DNA of 59,679 bases, counting the filler, from Nitrospirota bacterium (GTDB lineage Bacteria; JACPQY01): the NCBI GenBank assembly GCA_016180645.1. It is 5 parts of 5 records of this genome, joined end to end, with 100 filler letters (N's around TTAATTAATTAA, not from the genome) between each part and the next. Parts side by side here need not be neighbours in the genome. Positions count along the whole stretch, not along the records: positions 29,838 to 42,280 come from JACPAV010000001.1; positions 42,381 to 52,819 come from JACPAV010000045.1; 3 more parts are not named here. One strand, written 5' to 3'. The notes under the pieces are model-generated. The model did not search any database. It was not told the DNA's origin and saw nothing but the letters and a program-made list of their open reading frames with translations. The translations under genes were made by a program, and so were the position numbers. Below, one piece after another: positions 36,344 to 45,500 of the stretch (position 1 is its first letter; every line of letters begins with the position of its first letter).

Positions 36344-37482
36344 ACATGATCACCTTTTCCGATTACGATCTCCAACCGATTGTTGAAGGCAAGGATTGGC
36401 AGGTGGACTTTGTTCTCCACGGGTCGATCATGTCCATTGCCGTCGCCCTCGGCATGTTCTGGATCGTGTACGCCGCGATCGCTTGGGCACAAGGCAACCA
36501 CCCGAAAGCCATCTACAGGGTCCTCACCATCGCCTTTGCGGTGGCCATCACCGTCGCGGCTGAGCAGGCCGGCTCGCCCGCCGGATCGGCCGTCTTCGGG
36601 CAAATCGCCAAGGTAGCGGATGGTCTCCCCATGGGGCTGATCCAAGCCCGCGATGCCAAGATCAGCGCAGGGTTCTTCGATTCGGCCGAGCAGTTTCCCT
36701 TGGCCCGTCGGCTCCGAGACGATTTCGCCGGGGAACTCACGTCCTCCACTGCAACGCCTGTTCGAACCTTCGCGACCGAGTGCATGTCGAAGCCGGTCCA
36801 CGAAAAACTGTCCGACGCGACGTACGCGGACGCCGTTACCGAAGTCGGCGGGCGGTCGATCCGACTCAGCGGTGCCGACAAGAACTGCAAGAACCTGAAC
36901 ACGGAAATCGGCGTCGCCGCGGCGCAGGACAAGGGAACAAGGAGCTACTTCTCCATGCGCCGAGCCGAGTCAAGGGTTTCTGCCGCCGCTCTCTTCTTGG
37001 AGCAGCCGCCCGCCGCGCCCAGCGAGCGCCTCCAACGGCTCCTGGCGAGTGAAATTCCGGCAAAAGATGAAATCGGCGTTCAGGAAGCAGGAAGCCTCCA
37101 CGGCGAAGTGACCGAAGGGTTCATCAAGTCATTTGTCGCGGCCCCCCTTTTCGTCCTGCTTCCGGGTGGGCTCTGGAACCTGGGGATTTACACGCTCGGG
37201 TTCCTTTCCGCGAGAACGATTACGGGTTACTCCGCTTTCAAGCTTCATCAGAAAGAACTTGCGTGCATCAAACGGCTCGATGCTCTGGACGCACAGGACG
37301 CGCTGCTGGAACCTCTCCACGCCCACGAGTCGTATTTTGTGAAAGGCGGGGTGGACAAGAGGTATGTTGAGACCCTTGAAGGTTGCGTGAGGAGCAAGCG
37401 AACCACGCGGGTGCTGGAATGGATGGGCCTCGGCCTGACGGGCGCCCTCATACTCGTGGCTTGGTGGAAAGCCGGTGGATAG
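36340..37482 (+). CDS. multi-pass membrane protein (TraG-N/VirB6-like)
   Basis: TM segments at both ends, periplasmic F..EC / C..L cysteine pair; T4SS context. Confidence 0.5.
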   Translation: MNMITFSDYDLQPIVEGKDWQVDFVLHGSIMSIAVALGMFWIVYAAIAWAQGNHPKAIYRVLTIAFAVAITVAAEQAGSPAGSAVFGQIAKVADGLPMGLIQARDAKISAGFFDSAEQFPLARRLRDDFAGELTSSTATPVRTFATECMSKPVHEKLSDATYADAVTEVGGRSIRLSGADKNCKNLNTEIGVAAAQDKGTRSYFSMRRAESRVSAAALFLEQPPAAPSERLQRLLASEIPAKDEIGVQEAGSLHGEVTEGFIKSFVAAPLFVLLPGGLWNLGIYTLGFLSARTITGYSAFKLHQKELACIKRLDALDAQDALLEPLHAHESYFVKGGVDKRYVETLEGCVRSKRTTRVLEWMGLGLTGALILVAWWKAGG

Positions 37483-37576
37483 CGGGGAATGCATTCCCCC
37501 CCCAAGCCTGTGATTGGGAATTCCCACTTGCGAACACGATGGGAGGCGTGATAGAAAGCGTGCAGGGATAGAAAAC

Positions 37577-38341
37577 ATGGTACGGGGGAGAATGAAAATC
37601 GGGGGAGCACTCGGCTCAATCGTCATCCTCGCGCTCTGCGCGTCGCCCGCGTATGCCATCCGCGCCGTGCCGTGGATTCCGGGGCGGACGGTGGTCGTCC
37701 AACTCAGGCAAGGCCAGACTACGGAAGTCATTTTCCCTTCCGATATCAGTCAGTTCTCCAACCCTGAAGCCGAACTCTTCTCGATCCAGTTCACCGGGGC
37801 ACGGCTTTACGTGAAGCCGACGGCCTCGCTATCTCCCACCCGGCTTTTCGCCACGGATACGGCCGGCCGCAGCTACGTGATCGAACTCCAGGAGGCCGCG
37901 GAGGGACAGAGGGAGGACGACAGCGTGGAGATCAGCCTGGAAGTGGCCGAAGGGCGCCCCGCGCCGGTCGCGCCCGGGCCGAACCGGCTTGTCTTGGATC
38001 TTATGAAAGCGATGCGGCTGGAGCGGCCCGTCGCGGGCTACCAAGTAACCGAGAAAAAGGGGGAGCTTTTTTACGAGGAGCCGAAGGTCCTCCAGTTCCG
38101 CCTCATCCGTGTTTATGAGGGAAGTGTCATGATCGGCTATGTGTACGAGATCGAGAATATGTCAAACGGTCCGCTCCGAGTGAATCCCCAGGAGTTCACG
38201 TTCAAAGGCTACGTCGCAGGATCGGTGGCGGACATGCAACTGGCGCCTGCCGAACCGAAGGATTCCGTGGAGGCGTTCAAGGGCAATCCGAAGAAGACCA
38301 TCGCGTACGTTGTCGTTTCGAAGGCGGGGATTCGAAAATGA
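37577..38341 (+). CDS. traK: F-type conjugative TraK-like protein
   Basis: LYVKP...LF..D..GRSY...L, L..LMKAM.....GY, Y.G....GYVY.IEN......P.EF. Confidence 0.8.
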   Translation: MVRGRMKIGGALGSIVILALCASPAYAIRAVPWIPGRTVVVQLRQGQTTEVIFPSDISQFSNPEAELFSIQFTGARLYVKPTASLSPTRLFATDTAGRSYVIELQEAAEGQREDDSVEISLEVAEGRPAPVAPGPNRLVLDLMKAMRLERPVAGYQVTEKKGELFYEEPKVLQFRLIRVYEGSVMIGYVYEIENMSNGPLRVNPQEFTFKGYVAGSVADMQLAPAEPKDSVEAFKGNPKKTIAYVVVSKAGIRK

Positions 38342-39582
38342 ACAAGATCAAAGAATGGCTGGACAAGCGTGGACTCAAAGGCGGGAAGCTCTATGCCGCC
38401 ATCGGGGCGATCGTCGTCATCGGGCTGATGTTCGTGGTTGCGAGTCTTCCCAAGGAAGCGAAGGCCCCCGCGGGACCGAAGTCGGCCGCGCTCATCCCTT
38501 CCGCTTCGCTCGGCGCGATCGCAAACCAGGCGGGAGGGTCCATTCAAATGCCGGCCGTATCGCCGGAGTACTTCAATGTGAAAGTCCAGCAATTCATCGA
38601 CGAGACGAAGGCGTGGAAGAACGACCGGCAAAAGTTCGAGGCCGAGGTCCTGGTCCAGTTGCGGGCCTTGAAGGAACACGGCACGACGGATGCAGGGGTC
38701 AGCACGCAACTGGACAATCTACAGTCCCAGATTACCAATATCGGTGACCAGTTGGATTCCCTGCGTAGCGGAGGATTCGGGTCGGGCGCGGAAAGAGACC
38801 GCCGAGCCGCCTCGGGTCCACTCCAACTCATCACCGTACCGCCCAAAAAGAAAAGCGAATCAACCGACCGCGGTTCGCGGGAATCCGGCGCGCTTCGAGG
38901 CGGAGCCGGCGCCGCGCAAGAGTCCCCCTTTTACCTGCCGGCAGGCTCGATGGTAAAGGCTACACTGCTGAATGGAGTCGAAGCACCTCCTTCAACACAA
39001 GGCCCGGGCCTGCCGGTCCTTCTTCTCGTGCGCGATTCGTTCCTCGGCCCCAACTCCACCTCGCTGCCGATGGATGGTTGCATGGTGCTGGGGCGGGCAG
39101 ACGGCGATCTCTCCTCCGAGCGCGTGAAAATCGCCGTCAGTCTTGTTTCGTGCGTGTTTCCGGGCGGACGAACGCTCGACCGCGCCGTGCAGGGTTATGT
39201 CTCGGGGCCGGACGGCAAGCTTGGCATTCCAGGAAAGGTCCACGATCGGCGCGGACGGAAACTCGGAATGGCCGTGCTGGCGGGCTTCACCGCCGGCCTT
39301 TCTCAAGCCATTGGCCAGTCCGAAGTGACACGCGTCCTCACCGCCGAGGGGACGGAGCGAACCATTGTTTCCGGCAGCACGCTTACATTTGGCATGAGCC
39401 AGGCACTCGGCTCCGCGCTTGCGGAAGTGACCAATTTCTACCGGCAGGAAATCCAGCGTCTATTTCCGGTGATCGAAGTCCACTCCGGAACGCAGGTCAC
39501 GCTTGTTCTGGAGCAAGGGGTGGATGTCCCGGAGATGAATGCGCTTCTATCAGGTATAGAGAGCGTGAAGGGTGAGGAGTGA
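38338..39582 (+). CDS. traB: TraB/VirB10-family protein
   Basis: YLPAGS.VKA.LLNGVEAP, P.LL, GC..LG.A.GDLSSER, DGK.GI.G, P.IEV..G. Confidence 0.9.
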   Translation: MNKIKEWLDKRGLKGGKLYAAIGAIVVIGLMFVVASLPKEAKAPAGPKSAALIPSASLGAIANQAGGSIQMPAVSPEYFNVKVQQFIDETKAWKNDRQKFEAEVLVQLRALKEHGTTDAGVSTQLDNLQSQITNIGDQLDSLRSGGFGSGAERDRRAASGPLQLITVPPKKKSESTDRGSRESGALRGGAGAAQESPFYLPAGSMVKATLLNGVEAPPSTQGPGLPVLLLVRDSFLGPNSTSLPMDGCMVLGRADGDLSSERVKIAVSLVSCVFPGGRTLDRAVQGYVSGPDGKLGIPGKVHDRRGRKLGMAVLAGFTAGLSQAIGQSEVTRVLTAEGTERTIVSGSTLTFGMSQALGSALAEVTNFYRQEIQRLFPVIEVHSGTQVTLVLEQGVDVPEMNALLSGIESVKGEE

Positions 39583-39623
39583 TGGGTGACGTGAAGCCCC
39601 GAAGGCGTGAATGGTGAAGAGTC

Positions 39624-39800
39624 ATGAGTGATGTGAAACCCCAGGATGGACGGCCTCACAAGAGGTTGGATGTTTGGCGGAAGAGCATCGAGATGACAAG
39701 GGTGATCTACGAAGTGACAGGGAAATCGTTGACCCTTTGTTGGACGATATCAGCAGGATGCTCTCCGGTCTGATTCGCCACGTTGAGATGCGGAACGGGC
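39624..39800 (+). pseudogene. internally deleted four-helix-bundle (23S-IVS-like) gene
   Basis: HKRLDVWRKSIEMTRVIYEVT joined out of frame to LDDISRMLSGLIRH. Confidence 0.75.
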
Positions 39801-39819
39801 GGGGAGGGGGCGGAGGAAC

Positions 39820-40236
39820 ATGAGGGCTGTCCGACTTTTCATTCTCATCACCCTTCACTCATCACTCTTCATGAGTTTGCCCGCCTGTGCGGGTAAGACG
39901 AAGGGCAAGAGCACCCTCGCCGTCTACCAGGAAGCCCTCGGCGAAGGCACCCGCGAGGGGATCGAGGTGCTCAAGCAGGATTTCAAGCGTGAGCAGCCGC
40001 TCGGTTACGAGGAACCGGTCGTCCCCGTGATGTCGCCGCCCGAAACCATGCTGGTTTGGTTCGCCAACCAGAAAATCGGAGATGAGGTCTTTGTGCATGG
40101 CCATTGGGTCCAGATCGTCATCCGGCCGTGGGAATGGAACCCGGACATCTTGAACAGCCCTGCTCCCTCGCCCCGTACCGGGGGACAGGGGACACCCTTC
40201 CCGCTCCACCCGGAATCCAAGCCGAAGAACGAATAA
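39820..40236 (+). CDS. traV: TraV-like lipoprotein
   Basis: lipobox LPAC; P.MSPPE...VW...HGHWV.IVIRP..W; follows traB. Confidence 0.75.
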   Translation: MRAVRLFILITLHSSLFMSLPACAGKTKGKSTLAVYQEALGEGTREGIEVLKQDFKREQPLGYEEPVVPVMSPPETMLVWFANQKIGDEVFVHGHWVQIVIRPWEWNPDILNSPAPSPRTGGQGTPFPLHPESKPKNE

Positions 40237-40268
40237 GACGTGAGGTGGGAGGTGGGAGGAGTGGAATC

Positions 40269-40691
40269 GTGAACCGTGAACCCGTGACCCCGACGCGACG
40301 ATTCGAGCGGCCACATCATAAGCTCGATATTTGGAACAAGGCCATGGGTCTTGCCGAACAGGTCTACCAGCTTACGCGCAGTTTCCCAGCCGATGAAAAG
40401 TACGGGCTTGTCCTACAAATGCGGCGAGCGGCTGTCAGCATCGTCAGCAACCTTGCCGAAGGGGCGGCAAGACGGACCAACAAGGAGCTGGAGCAATTCC
40501 TCCATATCGCGCAGGGATCCCTGAGCGAACTTGAGGCCCAATTCGAGTTGGCCGAACGCCTCGGCCTCGTTAATCAATGGGCACGCGACTTGGTCAACGA
40601 TGTCGCGCGAATGCTGTCTGGGCTTGTCCGGTATGCTAGGAATAGGCGGGCCGATGGCGTAACAAGAGAAGCCGTGAGGTATCCAGGGTGA
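40269..40691 (+). CDS. four-helix-bundle protein (23S rRNA IVS/S23 family)
   Basis: HKLDIW..AM......Y..T..FP..EKYGL..QMRRAAVSI.SN.AEG...FL.IA.GSL.E. Confidence 0.92.
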   Translation: MNREPVTPTRRFERPHHKLDIWNKAMGLAEQVYQLTRSFPADEKYGLVLQMRRAAVSIVSNLAEGAARRTNKELEQFLHIAQGSLSELEAQFELAERLGLVNQWARDLVNDVARMLSGLVRYARNRRADGVTREAVRYPG

Positions 40692-40824
40692 CGGGTTTTC
40701 CTGGACTTTCCGCTCGGGCTCACGATTCCCGGTTTTCGATTCTCGTGATGCGGGCCTTGTCCCACCGCCTCTCGCCTCCCGTTTCTCACCTCACAAACAA
40801 GTAATGTAACCGAAAGGGGGAGCC

Positions 40825-42150
40825 ATGCTTCAGATGTGGGACATTCTGCCGGGATCTGCCTCCCGGCTCCTGCTACTCACGATTTGCACCTTGCCACTCA
40901 CCACCCATTCGTGCGGCGGGAGCCGGCGCGAAAGCTACTCCATGGATGACGAGGCGAAGAAGACGGCTTTGCAGGAGGTGGCGCAACAGGAAGGGCGAGA
41001 GGCGGGAGGAGAGAGGCGGGAGGGGGAAGGGCTTGGAGCGGGAGGCGGGAGGAGAGGGGAAGGGGGTGGGGAGCGTGAGCCGGAGGAGCGCGTGTCGGCG
41101 AGCCGGCGGGAGGCGGAGACGGTGCGGTCGACGCCATCCGTTTCACTGAAAGCGAACGGTATCCCCCTCCGCATGGCCATGGAGCGCCTCGCGGCCCAGG
41201 CCGAGTGGCGCGTGCGCTGGGGGGAAGGCGTGGGCCAGGACGCGACCGTGTCGCTCGACGTGGAGGAGTTGGCGTTCCAGATGGCTGCCGAAGATCTTGC
41301 CGCGCAGGCGGGGTATGCCGCGGAGTTCGATTTCTCCGGGCACTCCGTCACGGTGCTCCGCTATGTGGAGCGAGTATTCTATCTGCCGGAAATCTGGGCG
41401 AGGCGGCAAATGCCTCTGCCGGGAAACGGAAATCCGGGCGTCTTCATCCGCTACGCCGAAGACCCGGCGACGGGAGTGGAGAACTCGATTCGGTCCTTCC
41501 TCTCGCCGCAGGGCAAAGTATTCGTGGATCCCATCAACGGGACGGTGATGGTGCGCGACGAGCACACGAACATGAGGAGTCTTGAGCGATACTTCGCGCG
41601 GCTCAGCGATGAAGCCCGAACGCCCTGGCTCGTGGAGGTGGCCATCCTCGTCGCGTCTCCAGGGGAACAGGGCATACGGTGGGACAAGGTCGGAGAACGG
41701 CTCGGCTCGGCGCCCGGCGCCGGTGAGGGTCCCGCCGCCCTCGCGGCTCAGCTTGCCCAGGAGAAAGGTGATCCCGTGGCGATGCTCCTGAAGGCCCTCG
41801 CCCCGGAGAAGGCCCGCCTCCTGTCCAAGCCTGAATTCCTCACGCTCAACGGCTGGACCGTTCAACTTGCGGTTGCATCGGGCGCCGGCGCCGGGGGCGC
41901 GGGATGGGAACTCCGGCTCACCACGCACCGCGACTACGCGAATCCGAGCGCCGTCGTCATCGAAGCGGCCGGGGGCCTGTCGGACAAGGTGACTCAAAGT
42001 TTCTCCACCGCCGCGAGCGCGGAGATAGGTCAACCGCTGATCGTCTCCACCGGCGTGGGCACGTCCGTTGAAAAAGGCTGGCTCAGCGATAAACGCCATA
42101 CCCAGGAAGCCATCTTCGTCATCCGGGTCCTGCCGAATCGGAAGCCGTGA
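40825..42150 (+). CDS. secretin-like lipoprotein (STN/N domains, degenerate secretin core)
   Basis: lipobox-like THSC, SL.A....LR.AM..LA, FLSPQGKVFVDP.NGTVMVRD, VEVAIL, LLSKP...TLNG. Confidence 0.65.
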   Translation: MLQMWDILPGSASRLLLLTICTLPLTTHSCGGSRRESYSMDDEAKKTALQEVAQQEGREAGGERREGEGLGAGGGRRGEGGGEREPEERVSASRREAETVRSTPSVSLKANGIPLRMAMERLAAQAEWRVRWGEGVGQDATVSLDVEELAFQMAAEDLAAQAGYAAEFDFSGHSVTVLRYVERVFYLPEIWARRQMPLPGNGNPGVFIRYAEDPATGVENSIRSFLSPQGKVFVDPINGTVMVRDEHTNMRSLERYFARLSDEARTPWLVEVAILVASPGEQGIRWDKVGERLGSAPGAGEGPAALAAQLAQEKGDPVAMLLKALAPEKARLLSKPEFLTLNGWTVQLAVASGAGAGGAGWELRLTTHRDYANPSAVVIEAAGGLSDKVTQSFSTAASAEIGQPLIVSTGVGTSVEKGWLSDKRHTQEAIFVIRVLPNRKP

Positions 42151-42177
42151 GTCGGGGAAGTAGATGGGTGAAGAGTG

Positions 42178-42280
42178 ATGGGTGATGTGAAACCCCAGGA
42201 TGGACGGCCTCACAAGAGGTTGGATGTTTGGCGGAAGAGCATCGAGATGACAAGGGTGATCTACGAAGTGACAGGGAAAT
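42178..42280 (+). CDS. four-helix-bundle gene, 5' part (contig end)
   Basis: 42182-42280 identical to 39628-39726. Confidence 0.8.
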
Positions 42281-42380
42281 NNNNNNNNNNNNNNNNNNNN
42301 NNNNNNNNNNNNNNNNNNNNNNNNTTAATTAATTAANNNNNNNNNNNNNNNNNNNNNNNNNNNNNNNNNNNNNNNNNNNN
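42281..42380. other. artificial contig linker
   Basis: N-run with TTAATTAATTAA. Confidence 0.98.
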
Positions 42381-42480
42381 AAGGGGCAATCGGCCGTCAC
42401 CCGGACCACGCCGTCGGCCGGCCACCGGTCCAAGGCCGATGTGAAGCGACGTAGAACATCCGCTTCGCTGCCCACGTGTG
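42381..42480 (-). pseudogene. SpsF-like cytidylyltransferase fragment lacking its 5' half
   Basis: GSEADVLRRF...DGVVRVTADCP; upstream sequence shows no N-terminal SpsF motifs. Confidence 0.7.
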
Positions 42481-42545
42481 ACTGTGGGGTCAAGTCTTGA
42501 CTTGATACTACTTGGCGGCGATGCGAGCGGGCGTGATTCAATGAA

Positions 42546-45500
42546 ATGATCCTTCTATTACTCACAGTCCATATGCTATTGCAAGACCTGACCCCCGGCA
42601 CTGTTGAAGGAGAAGGTGGGGGTGAACTTCGCCTCCCGAAGGTGGATCTCTACCCCGTGCGCGATCCGGAGGGCAAGCCCGTGGATTCCCAGCCTCTCGC
42701 TCCGGGCGCTTCGACGACCACGTTCGACTTCCTCAATACGCTTGGCCATCGGCTCCCCGAAGGACTCCTCGACGTTACCGTGACTCTGGCCGATCGCGCT
42801 GAACCCCACGGCAACACTCGGTCGGTCTCCGACCGCTTCATTGTGGATCTCTCGGGACCCATCGTCTCTCCAACACCGGAGCACCAAGCTTCCATGCCCA
42901 ACCGAAACGGCAGGGAAAATCCCGTCCCTGCGCAACTCGTCGTCCACGCCGTGGATGTGCCGCGTCTGCCCATAGGCCACGCCGGCGTCCGGTCCGAAAC
43001 CCTCACGCTGAACCTCCGCCACGCGGAAAGCGCCAGAGCCTACACCTACACCGCGCTGCCTCAGTTCCAAGACGCTCCGGTCATAGTCTACCCCTTCACC
43101 CCCGGCCCGGCAGGGGACTTCGTGGCGACCCTCCTCGAATCCCAACGCAACGAAACCCAATACCCCGACGGCCACTACACATGGACCACCACCGTGAGGG
43201 ACCGGCTCCTGAACACCACCACCTCAACCTTCAACTTCTGCCTCGACCGCGCCGCCCCCACGCTCACGAATTTCAACATCGGAAGCCCCATCGACTACCC
43301 CGCGTACAGCCTCCTGTTCATCCCCTCGCTCCAACCGATCGTCACCTACAACTGTGAAGACCGCTTCCCGACATCTCCCTCATGTGGCATGGCGAAGCTC
43401 GAAGTTGTCGCCACCCGCACCCACACCGCTCCGATCTTCGGAAGCGACGACCCCGTGGCGATTCCTTCGAGCCAACTCACGCCCGTCCGGATCGAGATCG
43501 AGCCGACCCTGTGCGACGGGCTGGATCACTCATTCCAATTCACTCAGAGTCTAGGGCAGGAAGGGATCTGGACGTTCGACTTGGAGGCTTTGGACAAGGC
43601 CCAAAACAAGACCGTTCTCCCCGCGGGGAACAGCTACTATCTGGACGTCACGCCTCCCTTCACCCTCCCGGATGGCCTTCTTCTCCTCCATGCCGGCGAG
43701 GGCCTCCAGCCGGTTTCCACGGTTGGCTTGCCCACGAATGACAGTAGACTTCGTCTTGGGGTGTGGTACACGAACGGTTTCAGCGGGGTGAATCCGGCCA
43801 CGGTGGTCTTCAGCAATTCCGGGAGCAGCGCGGGCTGCACCGGCGCATTGGCCCTCTTATCGGCGGGTTCTCACTCAGCGCTCTCGAAGGATTTCCTCCC
43901 GTGCGAAGGGACGAACACCGCGAGCGTCTTCCTGCGCGACAAGGCCGGCAACCCCTTCACGGACTCCATCACCTACACCACCGATTACACCCCTCCCGCC
44001 CTCACCGACATGACCATGACCTCGATTTCCATCTGCGTGAGCTGGAATGCGCTCGGCGGGTGTACCGCTTCGGCGCCGGGCGAGCGATTCAGCGCCCACG
44101 CCACGGACAACCTCTCCGGCGTGCACAAGGTGGAACTCCTGCTTGGATCGACGCGAAAGGCGTTCGTCCGCCTCGGCGGCGCCGCGGGAGACGACTACTC
44201 GATCGACATCTTCCAGACCGAATACGACGCCGCCTCCGACGTCCGCATCCAGGCCTGGGACAAGGCCGCCAACATGGCCGAAGCCCGCCAGATCGGCCCC
44301 GCCGGCGGCACCGTCAGCACCCGCAACGGCGGGATCCAGCTTGCCATCCCGGCCGGCTCGACCAGTTCCAAAACCTTCATCGGAGTCACCTCCGTCAGCG
44401 AAAACCAGCTCGCGGAGATTTTGGGCTACAACCCCTTTGACGAAGCTACGGCAGGGAGCCATCTCACTCTGTTGAACTACGAAGGGATGACCCTGAGCGG
44501 AGATCCTGGGACGACCTTCAGCCTACCCCCGAACAGCACCATCGGCTGCAAGAAGGATAATGCCCCCCAGGGCGAGCAGATGTTCATGGTCGATTTCCTG
44601 GAGCCCAACCACCGGTATGACAACGAAGGGCGCGTACGCGTCCTTGCGGGAGTGAAACTTGATGAGTTCGATTACTCTGGCGGTAACACGTATTACAAAC
44701 CTCTCGACATCTCCGACTGCCCTGGTCTGTCCGAGATCCATCACGCCGTCGCCTGCGTCAGCCTCAGCACGGACCACGGGAAGACGCAACTGGTCCATGG
44801 GCAGGTCAGGACATCCGGAGCCGAAATTAAGGGGCAGGTGGTGGTCGTCGATTCCAAGGAAACCACGTATGCCGATTTCACGAAACCCAGGCTGGATTCG
44901 GAACGGCTCCAACCACCGTCGCGAAGGGTCTGGGGGTCGGCGAAGCATTTCGGCATTCAAGGCACCGCCGATGCGAACGGCCTTGCCAAGTATTGCATCC
45001 CCACTCCGGCGGAAAACGATACGAAGGCATACGCGGCCGGAGATACCGGCGCCTTTTTCAAGGACAATGGCATCGGTCTCGATCGCGTCCGCATCGCCAT
45101 CGGCACGGACGGATGCGACGTGACGGTTCCGGTGACGCCTCCGAATCCGGGGAACGTCATCGCCGCGGGAACCTGCGAGGCGAAGTACATCGAGGCAGGC
45201 GGCGCCTGCGAAAACGTCCCCATCGTCCCGCCCTCCGTCAACGGCGGTCCGCCCGACTCGCTCAATCTTGCCTCGGAGACATACGGCGACCCGCAGTTCG
45301 CGATTTCAGGCCGGAACGGCATCGCCGGGATCACCGTGCACGTCGATCTGCGCGGGAAAGTCCCCAGTCCCCCGGGCTCCAAACTGGACCTCTTCGTCCG
45401 CAACGCAACCAGCACCGGCAAGATCCCGGACACGTTCACGAACGACACGGGCAGACAATTCTACGTCTTCCACCCCTTGGACGTGGCGGGCTTCTCCGCC

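Noticed and set aside
39628-39726. 99-bp perfect repeat with 42182-42280 as a recombination site
   Set aside because: It is the 5' end of duplicated four-helix genes and ends exactly at the contig break, as expected from an assembly branch point.
40269-40691. DGR Avd gene
   Set aside because: Motifs fit the generic IVS four-helix family; no reverse transcriptase or TR/VR pair is in the window.
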